Part shown: positions 25,846 through 34,866 of the stretch, piece by piece
Layout of the letters: the number at the start of each line of letters is the position of its first letter
How positions within the stretch are numbered: the stretch's first letter is position 1
Source: Candidatus Caldarchaeales archaeon
GTDB taxonomy: Archaea; Thermoproteota; Nitrososphaeria_A; Caldarchaeales; Calditenuaceae
DNA length: 37,252 nucleotides
Assembly (NCBI GenBank): GCA_039630085.1
Contig: JBCNVM010000011.1
Location: 1 to 37,252 of the forward strand
Direction: 5' to 3'
Position numbers and translations under genes: made by a program
The notes under the pieces: generated by a model
Seen by the model: the letters and a program-made list of their open reading frames with translations, nothing else
Database searches by the model: none
What the model was told of the DNA's origin: nothing

Positions 25846-26262
25846 TCAGCCTCTCAGTGTCCTCTCCACCAGCTCTCCTATCTTCCTGTTGAACGCGTGA
25901 ACGTCCTGCACCAGACGATAGACCCTTTCGGCGCTCAGGAACTCGTGGTAGAAGTTCGCGTGAAGCTGCTCCGCGACCTCTTCAAAGGTCCGCAATATCT
26001 CCTCGTCCCTAGCCTCCAGTGCAAGCTGCTTTACGAAATCCTTCATCTTACCGTGAGAGGCCAATTTGACACCCTTCGTCGTGGCTAATGCAAGGACCGC
26101 AGTCGCGACGCTGCCCCACAGCATCTCCGATGCCTTTGCGACCTCGTTAGACCTCAACAACTCGCCGGCCTGCTTCTCCAGCTCCTCGCTCCTCCTCAGG
26201 TAGCTCCTAGCCCGTTCTAACCAATGGCTCCTCTCTGAACTCAAGGAGCCTCCCCTCGCCAT
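25846..26262 (-). CDS. PaREP1 family protein (HEPN superfamily)
   Basis: KASEMLWG, SH and LHANFY motifs typical of PaREP1. Confidence 0.88.
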   Translation of the reverse strand: MARGGSLSSERSHWLERARSYLRRSEELEKQAGELLRSNEVAKASEMLWGSVATAVLALATTKGVKLASHGKMKDFVKQLALEARDEEILRTFEEVAEQLHANFYHEFLSAERVYRLVQDVHAFNRKIGELVERTLRG

Positions 26263-26425
26263 CGAGCTTGATTACGCCCCTCCTCAGCAGCGCCTCGACC
26301 CTCACCAGCCAGCCGTCGCCCTCCCTCCTGACCTCGTTGACCCAGACGTAGACCCAGCCGGCCTTCCTCGCGACCTCGATCGCCCTCTCCATCGCGACCT
26401 CAGCGTCGACGGGATTCTTACCCAT
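26207..26425 (-). CDS. Small hypothetical protein (PepSY-like pattern)
   Basis: ATG 26425 lies ~25-30 nt after TATA TTATAT. 72 aa: helix AMERAIEVARK, strands GWLVRV and IKLDGEGRLL. Confidence 0.6.
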   Translation of the reverse strand: MGKNPVDAEVAMERAIEVARKAGWVYVWVNEVRREGDGWLVRVEALLRRGVIKLDGEGRLLEFREEPLVRTG

Positions 26426-26602
26426 CCACCGGCAGTTCTGAAGCGCTCGATATAAGGGTGCTAAGCGACGAAACGTGTGAAAGGCCTTGACGCGCTGGGA
26501 CGTGACCCTTCGGATCACCCGAAGATAAGAGTTGACCACGAGTAGGACGCGTCACTCGGAACCATGCGATAGCACGGGAGCGACCGAGCGTCTGCGGCTG
26601 GC

Positions 26603-29434
26603 TCACTTGAACGCCTGCAGCAGCTTCTCCTTCTCCGCCTCCATGATCAGCTCGAAGAGCCTCGGGACAGGTCTGCTCTCGGCCTCGAGGACCCGCTCGG
26701 CGTCCCTCAGGGTCAGGCCACGACCCACCAGCGTGATGACCGCGGACTTCCCGTACCTCTCGACCAAATGGGCAGTCGACTCGAGCTCCCTCTTCGCCCT
26801 TCGCTCCTCGGCCGACGCGGCCCTTCCCCTCTTGGCGACCAGCGACTGGGCCGGCTCCCCCGCAGCCCCCTTGAGGACGCCGAGCCTCCTCGAGCCGCAC
26901 TCGGGGCACGACGGCCTGGGCTCGATCGAGCCGACGTCGGTCGTCCAGAGGGAGGAGTAGCACTCGGTGCAGACAAGGATCACCCTCTCCGACATCAGCC
27001 TCCCCTTGACCATGTTCAGCACGACCCTCGAGACTCTGTCGGGGGCCTGGCTCTCGAACTCGTAGAGGTACCTGTTGACGGTGAGGGCCGCGAGCGGGCT
27101 CAGCCTCTCCAGCTTCACCGTGACGAGCCGGACCTCTCCTCTCAGAATCTTGCCCAGCTCCCTCTTCGCGCCCTCCCAGTCGAAGTCGGTCGAGGCCGTG
27201 AACCTGATGGCCTCGACGTACGGCGCGGCGTCCCTGAGCGCCTCCACCAGTTGCCTAGTACCGACGTCCAGCAGGCTCGCGCCCTTCTCGACCACGCCCA
27301 TCTTCCTCGCTACGTGGACGAGCCTCCTCCTGAAGACCCCAGATCCCTCCAGGGCCCTCCTCATCAGGCCCTCGTCGGCGAGCTCCCCCAGCGACTCGGA
27401 GACGCCCTCCGGCGAGAGCAGCCTCGACCTCAGGGCGATCCTGTAAGGGTCGGAGAGGACCGAGATCGGGGCGCCGAGCCTCTCCGCGAGCAGCGTCGCC
27501 AGCAGCCTCGCGATCGTCCTATTGATCCTCAGGCCGCCGCAGTGGTGGACGACGACGTACTCGCCCGCTCCCTCGACGACGACGAGCCTGTCTGTTGGGA
27601 CCGGGATCCCTAGGCTGACGTGAGCCTCAACCTCCGAGAGGGACCTCCTCATGTCCTCGAGCGGGACCGAGTACTCCTTCGCTAGGGCCTCCGCGGCCGT
27701 TACCTGGTCGACGCCGGACCTTCTCATCTCCTCGTACCGCCTCCTGATGCTCCCGACCTCCTGTGCGACCTCGAAGGGCACAGGGATCTCGTCCCCGACC
27801 CAAGAGGGCACCGCCCCCTCGCCCTCTCTCAGGGGGGCGACGTAGATCCTCTCGCCTGACATGCTGAGGATCACCCACCCCCTGCCCCCGAGGATGAACC
27901 TAGTCCCGACCTCGCCGTACTCGGCGACGAAGCTCTCGTCGAGCGTCCCCACCGGAGAGCCGGTCTCCTCCTCGACGACCAAGTACTGCCTCTCCTCGGG
28001 GATCATCGAGAGGTTCCCGAAGTAGTAGTCGTACAGCCGCTTCGGGTTCGGAGGCCTCTGGACAGACCCGTCTTGGACCCTCAGCAGCCCGATGCTCGCG
28101 CCGAACTGCAGGACGGACTCGAGGTCCTCCTTAGGGAAGTCCGAGAAGTTGTAGGACCGTCTCAAGAACTCCAGGAGCTCGTCGGCGCCGATGTCCCCGC
28201 GCTCGATCAGCACGCCCGCGATCTGGTGGAGCGCGACGTCCAGCGGGTTCCTGACGACCTCCGTCGGCTCCAGCTCCATGATCCTCGCCCTTCTCGCGAT
28301 CACCATCGCCTCGAGCGCGTCGTCGGAGTCCATCACGATCACGACGCCCCTCGACCTCATCCCGATCCCGTGACCGCTCCTCCCGACCCTCTGGACGAGC
28401 CTCGTGACCTCCCTCGGCGAGTTGTACTGGATTATCAGGTCGACCTTCCCGATGTCGATCCCCATCTCGAGGCTGGAGGTGCAGATCAGCCCCCTGAGCT
28501 CGCCGTACTTCAGGTCCCTCTCGGCCTCGACCCTCCTGTCCCTCGAGAGGGAACCGTGATGAATGGTGACGGGGAACGCCTCGTCGAGCGCCTTGAACCT
28601 GTTCGCGAGGACCTCCGCGAGCGGCCTGGTGTTGGTGAAGACGAGCGTCGAAGTGTGGGACTCGACCAGCGACCTGATCGCGTTCAGCCGCGCCGCGACG
28701 TCCGGGGCGACGCCGAGGTACTCCGCGACCTGCCTGTCCTCCGCCGCGGGGACCGGGTAGAGGATCGTGACGTCCATCTCCTTCGGCATCGGGACCCTGA
28801 CGACTCTGCAGTTCCTCCCTATGCCGACCAAGAAGCCGGCGACGACTTCCGCGCTCCCCACAGTCGCGGAGAGCCCTATGACTTGGAAGTCCCTTCCGGC
28901 CAGCTCCCTCAGCCTCTCCAGGGCGACCGAGAGCTGTGCGCCCCTCTTGTCGGTCGCGAGCTCGTGGACCTCGTCGACGATCACCCACCTGACGTTTGCG
29001 AGGTGTCTCCTGAGGACCTTCGCGGTGAGGAGGGACTGGAGCGTCTCGGGGGTCGTGATGAGCACCATGGGGGGCCTGAGGGCGTGGGCTCTGCGCTCGG
29101 AGGGTGAGGTGTCGCCGTGCCTGACCGCGACCGGAACGTCGAGCCTCTGGGACCACCAGCTCACCCTGTCGAGGAGGTCCCTGTTTAGGGCCCTAAGGGG
29201 GGTGACGTAGAGAGCCGCTACCGGCCTCAGCTCCCTGTTCACGACGATCTCGCTCAGGATCGGGAGGAGAGCGGCCTCGGTCTTTCCGGAGCCGGTGGGC
29301 GCCATCAGCAGGACGTTCTCGCCCCTGACGACGTGAGGTATCGCGGCTCGCTGGGTCTCCGCGAGGGAACCGAACCGTTCGACAACCGCCTCCCTCACCG
29401 GCCTCGCCAGCAGCTCCAGCGGGTCGATCAGCAT
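26603..29434 (-). CDS. lhr: Lhr-family DEAD/DEAH-box helicase with C-terminal Cys-rich zinc ribbon
   Basis: APTGSGKT, TTPETL, DEVH, LSAT, HHGSLS, QRVGRSGH, GTLDESF and CTEC...CPECGS. Confidence 0.95.
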   Translation of the reverse strand: MLIDPLELLARPVREAVVERFGSLAETQRAAIPHVVRGENVLLMAPTGSGKTEAALLPILSEIVVNRELRPVAALYVTPLRALNRDLLDRVSWWSQRLDVPVAVRHGDTSPSERRAHALRPPMVLITTPETLQSLLTAKVLRRHLANVRWVIVDEVHELATDKRGAQLSVALERLRELAGRDFQVIGLSATVGSAEVVAGFLVGIGRNCRVVRVPMPKEMDVTILYPVPAAEDRQVAEYLGVAPDVAARLNAIRSLVESHTSTLVFTNTRPLAEVLANRFKALDEAFPVTIHHGSLSRDRRVEAERDLKYGELRGLICTSSLEMGIDIGKVDLIIQYNSPREVTRLVQRVGRSGHGIGMRSRGVVIVMDSDDALEAMVIARRARIMELEPTEVVRNPLDVALHQIAGVLIERGDIGADELLEFLRRSYNFSDFPKEDLESVLQFGASIGLLRVQDGSVQRPPNPKRLYDYYFGNLSMIPEERQYLVVEEETGSPVGTLDESFVAEYGEVGTRFILGGRGWVILSMSGERIYVAPLREGEGAVPSWVGDEIPVPFEVAQEVGSIRRRYEEMRRSGVDQVTAAEALAKEYSVPLEDMRRSLSEVEAHVSLGIPVPTDRLVVVEGAGEYVVVHHCGGLRINRTIARLLATLLAERLGAPISVLSDPYRIALRSRLLSPEGVSESLGELADEGLMRRALEGSGVFRRRLVHVARKMGVVEKGASLLDVGTRQLVEALRDAAPYVEAIRFTASTDFDWEGAKRELGKILRGEVRLVTVKLERLSPLAALTVNRYLYEFESQAPDRVSRVVLNMVKGRLMSERVILVCTECYSSLWTTDVGSIEPRPSCPECGSRRLGVLKGAAGEPAQSLVAKRGRAASAEERRAKRELESTAHLVERYGKSAVITLVGRGLTLRDAERVLEAESRPVPRLFELIMEAEKEKLLQAFK

Positions 29435-29549
29435 CCGGGTCCTCTCCTGCTGCCGTCCCTATAACTGATGTTCGCCGAACCGTCCTTCGCGAGCGCCACC
29501 GTTCAGTCCTCGCAAGGCTTAAATGAGCGGCCTGGGCGACCTATGGTCG

Positions 29550-29807
29550 ATGAGCGACAAGGCGCTGGGATATCTGTTGCTCATCGGGTCCGTGCTGGGC
29601 ATACTGCTTTACGGGTGGCTGGTGCTGCTGAGCCCGTGGGCGATGATCGTCCTCCAAGTGACTGCATTCTTGGCGGTCGCGGGGGTGCTGGCGATATTGG
29701 CTTGGATCGGGTACACGCTGGCTACGACGCCTCCGCCTGAGCCGATCCCGGAGCTGGAGACCGCGAGCGCCGAGCCTGCCAAGAGAGAGAAGGAGGAGTC
29801 TAAGTGA
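29550..29807 (+). CDS. Small two-TM membrane protein
   Basis: Likely ATG 29550 (TTAAAT ~28 nt upstream); two hydrophobic helices, then WIGYTLATTPPPEP and a charged tail. Confidence 0.75.
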   Translation: MSDKALGYLLLIGSVLGILLYGWLVLLSPWAMIVLQVTAFLAVAGVLAILAWIGYTLATTPPPEPIPELETASAEPAKREKEESK

Positions 29808-29839
29808 GCTCAAGAGCCGCTCAAAAGCCTCCGTCGTCA

Positions 29840-30481
29840 TCAGAAGCTCCTGCCACAGTAGGGGCAGAACCTGACGTCCTTAGGTATTTCGGCGCCGCAG
29901 TCGGGGCACCTCATCGTCTCCTCGACGACCTCCGGCGGGGCCTCGGGCTCCAGCTTCAATTCCTCGGCAGCCGCTTTACCTTCCTCCGCGGGGCCGCCTA
30001 GCGGGGGTGCGGTTTCGGGCGCCTTCCCCTCACGCTCGGTCGTGACCTGCACGGGGGTAGCCACAGGCGGGGGTCCGACCTCGACCTCGGGAACTGCGGC
30101 CCTGGGTCCGAGGATGTGTCCGATGGCCCCGGACGCGGCGCAGGAGGCCAACACCAGCATTAAGAGCCCGAGGGCGGGTTCGGGCACCGCGACCGCGAGC
30201 AGCAACGTAACGGGCTCCCAGAGTCCGACGTAGAACCTAAGGTCCGCTGCCGCGAGGACGTAGAGCAGCCCCAGAAGCGCCCCCAGCGAGGCGCTGCCCG
30301 CCGATCCCATGAAGGACCTCACGAGGACCGCGGGGACGAGGGCGACGACTGCTAGGGCGACGAGCCAGTAGAACGGCAACGCGACCTCACCGGGCTGAAC
30401 TATGCTCCGTAGGACCGCGGGTAACGAGAGCGCCAGCGCCACGACCGCCACCGATATCACCACCCTCGCGACCGAGGCCAT
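29840..30481 (-). CDS. Membrane protein with C-terminal zinc ribbon
   Basis: N-terminal TM helices, P/E-rich linker and CPDCG...CPYCG; TATA TTTTATAA ~30 nt upstream. Confidence 0.8.
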   Translation of the reverse strand: MASVARVVISVAVVALALSLPAVLRSIVQPGEVALPFYWLVALAVVALVPAVLVRSFMGSAGSASLGALLGLLYVLAAADLRFYVGLWEPVTLLLAVAVPEPALGLLMLVLASCAASGAIGHILGPRAAVPEVEVGPPPVATPVQVTTEREGKAPETAPPLGGPAEEGKAAAEELKLEPEAPPEVVEETMRCPDCGAEIPKDVRFCPYCGRSF

Positions 30482-30550
30482 CCGCTATCCGGTCTCTCCC
30501 TCGCCCGTCTTTATAAAATAAGTTATTTTCGGAGGTCGGTTCCGGTGGAT

Positions 30551-31765
30551 TCAGACCTCGAACCCGAGGACCTTCCTCACCAGGTGCCTGACGATCACGA
30601 GCCTCTGGATCTCAGAGGTTCCCTCGTAGATCTTCATGATCTGCGTGTCCCTCAGGAACCTCTCCACCATCCCGTCGACCGCGACGCCCATTCCCCCGTG
30701 AATCTCTATCGCCCTGAGGGCGGCCCTCTCGGCGGCCTCGGTCGCGAAGAGCTTGGCGAGGGAGGCGGCGATGATGGAGCGCTCGTCGAGGCCCTTGTTC
30801 AGCAGGTAGGCGGCCCAGTAGGTCAGAAGCCTGGCAGCTTCGAGGTCCCTCAGCATCTCCGAGAGGTAGAACTGGATCGCCTGGAAGGCGAGTATCGGCC
30901 GTTCGAAGGCGATCCTCTGGGCCGCGTAGTTGAGGCTCTTCTCGAAGACCGCCTGAAGCACGCCCACCGCCTGTGCTGCTATTCCGACCCTGCCGTAGTC
31001 ATAGGTGACCATCGCGACCTTGAACCCCTCGCCGACCTCGCCCAGGACCGCGTCCTCCGGGACCCAACAGTCGTTCAGGATAACCTCGGAGGGCATCGAG
31101 CCCCTCAGGCCCGTGACCTGTATCTTCTCGCCGACCCTCAGGCCAGGGTTGTCGCGCTCAACGATGAACATCGTCAGCCCCTTCCACCTCTCGTGTCTGC
31201 TCGGCGGGTCGCTGGTCCTCGCGAGCACCACGAAGTAGTCCGCCCTGTCAGCACCAGTGATGAAGTACTTCTGGCCGTTGATCACCCAGCCTCCGTCCTT
31301 CTTCACGGCCCTCGTCTTTATCCCCGCCACGTCGCTGCCCGCGCCGGGCTCCGTGGTCGCGTGGGCCGCGGACTTCTGACCTGAAGCGAGGGGAGGAATG
31401 TACTTCCTCTTCTGCTGCTCGGTCCCGAAGACGAGGACGGGCGTGGTGAAGAGGCCCCTGACGAGCGTAGCGGCCGAGAAGGCTGGGCAGACCCTGCTGA
31501 CCTCCTCGGTGTAGATCACGACGTTAAGGTAGTCGGACCCCTGTCCGCCGTATTCCTCCGGTATGCCGAGCCCCATGAATCCGTTCTCCGCGGCCAACTT
31601 GATGAGCTCGATGGGGATCGAGTTGGTCTGCTCGATCTCCTTCACCCGGGGCTCGAGGTACCTCTCGACGAACTGCCTCACGACCTTCCTGAAGAGCTCG
31701 TGGTCCTCCGTTATGGGGACGTGAAAGTCGGCTATCGAGTCGTATGGCAACATCTCAACAAGCAC
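30551..31765 (-). CDS. Acyl-CoA dehydrogenase
   Basis: [39 protein letters not shown] and [10 protein letters not shown]. Confidence 0.96.
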   Translation of the reverse strand: MLVEMLPYDSIADFHVPITEDHELFRKVVRQFVERYLEPRVKEIEQTNSIPIELIKLAAENGFMGLGIPEEYGGQGSDYLNVVIYTEEVSRVCPAFSAATLVRGLFTTPVLVFGTEQQKRKYIPPLASGQKSAAHATTEPGAGSDVAGIKTRAVKKDGGWVINGQKYFITGADRADYFVVLARTSDPPSRHERWKGLTMFIVERDNPGLRVGEKIQVTGLRGSMPSEVILNDCWVPEDAVLGEVGEGFKVAMVTYDYGRVGIAAQAVGVLQAVFEKSLNYAAQRIAFERPILAFQAIQFYLSEMLRDLEAARLLTYWAAYLLNKGLDERSIIAASLAKLFATEAAERAALRAIEIHGGMGVAVDGMVERFLRDTQIMKIYEGTSEIQRLVIVRHLVRKVLGFEV

Positions 31766-31803
31766 ACGTATCCCGTCCGAGATAAGCCTAACTTTACCTC
31801 GGA

Positions 31804-31873
31804 GGCCTCAGCCCGCGGCTGGACGTCCCCACATCAGGCAGGACGAGTCCCCCCCTGCAGAAGTTCTCCTCCC
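31804..31873 (-). ncRNA. Candidate box C/D guide sRNA in the leuS 3' region
   Basis: Minus strand reads CTCGTCCTGC, CTGA (31837-31834), TG, TGGGGA, CGTCCAGCCGCGGG, CTGA (31811-31808). The D guide complements the conserved 16S 3'-end sequence CCUGCGGCUGGAU. C/C' boxes are degenerate. Confidence 0.55.
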
Positions 31874-31891
31874 AGTCGACGCGAGATGGGT

Positions 31892-34774
31892 TCACAGGAC
31901 GATCCCGGGCCTCAGCGGGACGGTCAGAAGGGCCTTCCTCTTCTCTTCGGGCCTGAGGTAGTCGGCCTCAGCCAGCTCCACCTCCATGCCGAGCTCCGAG
32001 GCTATGTAGCCGGACTCCTCAGCGTAGAGCGACTTCTCCCTCAGCATCACCGCCTCCACGACCTCCACCGGGTAACGTGCGACGAGCTGCTGGACGTGAG
32101 AGGCGAAGCGCGTGATGAGTCCCGCTGCCGCGCCCCTGTCCCTCAACCCCAGCGCTTCGAAGTCTCCGAGGTAGGCCCTCACTTCCGCCCTGCCGTGGGA
32201 GGCATGGTCCCTCAAGATCCTGGCATACACTCGGAGGTACTCTGCCGGTGCGACCAAGACCTTGAGATGGCGCGATGCTGCTCCGACGACCCTCGCGACG
32301 CTCCTGACGTCATCGATCAGCTGGTCGATCAGCTCCTCCTCGAGGAGGGACTCTTGGCCCATCTCCACCTCGATCGCCGGCCAGCTCGAGAGCGCGACGT
32401 ATCCCTCGTTCCCAAGGGCCCTGTTCATCTCCTCTGCGGTGAAGGGCGCGAACGGCGAGATTGCCCTAGCCCACGCCTCGACGAAGGCCCTCGCGGCCGG
32501 ACCCACCGAGCCCCTCCGCCTCCTGACGTAGCGCCTCCAGTCGTTGAGCAGCATGTAGAGGGCCGTGTTGGCCGCGGTCCTCGTCTTCATCGACTCCATC
32601 GCCTCCTCGATCGCCCTGAGGTGGCCCTTGAGCCTCGCGAGCAGCCACCTGTCTGTCCTGGAGAGTCCCCCGTCGGCCTCCGCGCTCGTGACCTCCCTCG
32701 CGATCCCGATCAGCGCGTCGAGAGCCCTCCTGACGTCGGCGGCGTTCTTCTCCCTCCAGTCGGGGTCGTCCATGTCCTCGGCGGCCAGGAGCAGCGTGAG
32801 CCTCGTCGCGTCGGCGCCGTACCTCGCGATCGCGGACTTGATCGGGATGAAGTTCCCCTTGCTCTTGTGCATCTCCTGGCCCTCGACCCTCACCATTCCG
32901 TTCACCGCGATCCCCCTCGGCCACTTCTCGGGAGGAAAGAGGGCGACGTGCTGGAAGACGAAGAAGGTGAGGTGGTTCGGGACGAGGTCCTTCCCCGAGA
33001 CCCTGAGGTCGACCGGGTACCAGTACTCGAACTCGCTCCTCATCCTGAGCAGCAGCTCCCGGTCCATTCCGACGGACCTCGAGACGGAGTCGGGGTCGCC
33101 GACGCCCCTGAAGACGAAGTCGAGGACCTCCCTCGTCAGCTGCTCCGGCTTCACGAGCCCCGAGTTTAGGTAGTGGCTGATCGTGTAGAGGGCCATGTAG
33201 ACCGTCGAGTCGCTGAGGGTCTCGACGATCCACTCCCTGTCGAAGGGCAGCTTCGTCCCCAAGCCGGTCTTCCTCGCGCAGGGCCAGTCCCTCAGCCAGT
33301 CGACGACGTTCAGGACCCACTGCCTCGCGCCCTCCGGCGAGAAGAACATCTCCCTGACGTGGGACCTCACCCTCTCTTTCCACTCCTCGTCGGAGTAGGC
33401 GATGAACCACTGGTCCTTGACGACCTTGACTATGCACTCGTCGCCGGACCTGCAGACGACCCTCTCGGTGAGGTCGTAGAACCTCCAGCCCCTTCCGAGC
33501 TCAATGAGCCTGGACTTGATCGCGTCCCTCGCGTCGCTGACCCTCATTCCTCCGACCTCGCCGCAACCCTCCAGCATCACGCCCTTGTAGAACTCCTCGG
33601 AGTAGACCTTGGCGGTGAGTTCCTCGAGGCGCGGGTCGCTCTGGTCGACTATGCCCTCCGCCTCCACCAGCTCGACGGCCGGCATCGGACCCAAGCCCTC
33701 GGTCCTCGCGATTTGGATCGGCTCGATGCCCTCGACGAGTCTCGGGTCCAGCCCGTACTCCCTCAGGACTTCCGGCCTTCTCTTCAGGTCCCTCAGAGCT
33801 GCGTAGTCGTACGGCGCGTGGGCAGGCACGCTGTAGACGACGCCCGTTCCGACATTAGGGTCGACGAAGGAGGCCGGAAGCACGAGCACCTCCTTTCCGG
33901 TGATCGGGACCTTCACCCTCCTCCCGACCAGCTCCCTCCCAGGTATCCTACCGACCTCCCTCACGCTGTCGACCTGCTCCGCGAGCTTCTCCGCCGCCCT
34001 CCGGCTGACTATCAGCCTCGTGCCCAGCGCCTCGACGACCGAGTAGTCCGCGTCGGGCCTGATCCAGACGTTTGTCGCCCCGAAGATCGTCTCGGGCCTG
34101 AGCGTCGCCGCTGCGAGGTATGCGTCCCCCGCGTCGAAGAAGACGAGCGTGAACTCGGTCGGAGAGACCCCCTCGCCCACGAGCCGGTCGTGGTCGCCGG
34201 TGGGGCTCTGGCACGCGGGGCACCAGACGACGGGATGGGACCCGGTCCTGACGAGCCCGAGCTCCCTGAGGGTGAGGTACTGCCACTCGACGAACCTGCT
34301 GTAGTAGGGGTGGAGGTCAGTGGTGTGGAACTCCCTCCTCCAGTCCAGCGAGAGGCCGAGGGCCTTCACGGTCCTCCTGTTCTCCTCGGTGTAGTACCTG
34401 CAGACCTCGACCGGGTCGACGAACGCCGCGAGCTTCTCCTCGGGCACGCCGTCGACCTCCCTCAGGACCCTGATCAGGCGCTGATCGCCCTTCCTAAGCC
34501 TGTCGCTGATCCCCGCGACCGCCTCGCCGGTCCAGTGCCAGGCCCACGGGAAGAGGACGTTGTACCCCTTAAGCCTCTTGTAACGGGCGTAGGCGTCGGC
34601 CCTCGAGGATGCGAAGCAGTGGCCCACGTGGAGCGGGCCGCTCTGGTAGGAGTAAGGGAAGGTCACGAGGACCTTGGGCCTCTTCGGGTCCGGGTCGGCG
34701 TTGAAGACCCCCTCTCTGTCGTACCTCGTCGCCCAGTAGCGCTCGTACTCGACGGGCGACTGGGAAGTCGTCAA
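31892..34774 (-). CDS. leuS: Leucyl-tRNA synthetase (archaeal type)
   Basis: Start likely TTG 34774. Motifs PLHVGH, editing domain ATLRPET and SVPAHAPYD, SGKDLVPNHL and MHKSKGN. Confidence 0.97.
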   Translation of the reverse strand: MTTSQSPVEYERYWATRYDREGVFNADPDPKRPKVLVTFPYSYQSGPLHVGHCFASSRADAYARYKRLKGYNVLFPWAWHWTGEAVAGISDRLRKGDQRLIRVLREVDGVPEEKLAAFVDPVEVCRYYTEENRRTVKALGLSLDWRREFHTTDLHPYYSRFVEWQYLTLRELGLVRTGSHPVVWCPACQSPTGDHDRLVGEGVSPTEFTLVFFDAGDAYLAAATLRPETIFGATNVWIRPDADYSVVEALGTRLIVSRRAAEKLAEQVDSVREVGRIPGRELVGRRVKVPITGKEVLVLPASFVDPNVGTGVVYSVPAHAPYDYAALRDLKRRPEVLREYGLDPRLVEGIEPIQIARTEGLGPMPAVELVEAEGIVDQSDPRLEELTAKVYSEEFYKGVMLEGCGEVGGMRVSDARDAIKSRLIELGRGWRFYDLTERVVCRSGDECIVKVVKDQWFIAYSDEEWKERVRSHVREMFFSPEGARQWVLNVVDWLRDWPCARKTGLGTKLPFDREWIVETLSDSTVYMALYTISHYLNSGLVKPEQLTREVLDFVFRGVGDPDSVSRSVGMDRELLLRMRSEFEYWYPVDLRVSGKDLVPNHLTFFVFQHVALFPPEKWPRGIAVNGMVRVEGQEMHKSKGNFIPIKSAIARYGADATRLTLLLAAEDMDDPDWREKNAADVRRALDALIGIAREVTSAEADGGLSRTDRWLLARLKGHLRAIEEAMESMKTRTAANTALYMLLNDWRRYVRRRRGSVGPAARAFVEAWARAISPFAPFTAEEMNRALGNEGYVALSSWPAIEVEMGQESLLEEELIDQLIDDVRSVARVVGAASRHLKVLVAPAEYLRVYARILRDHASHGRAEVRAYLGDFEALGLRDRGAAAGLITRFASHVQQLVARYPVEVVEAVMLREKSLYAEESGYIASELGMEVELAEADYLRPEEKRKALLTVPLRPGIVL

Positions 34775-34866
34775 TCCACCATCGACGACTCGGGTCCGTA
34801 TATAATCGTGATACGGACGACGGGGCCCGACGACGGTCCTATGCGACCGTGCAGGCCGACTCCGCT

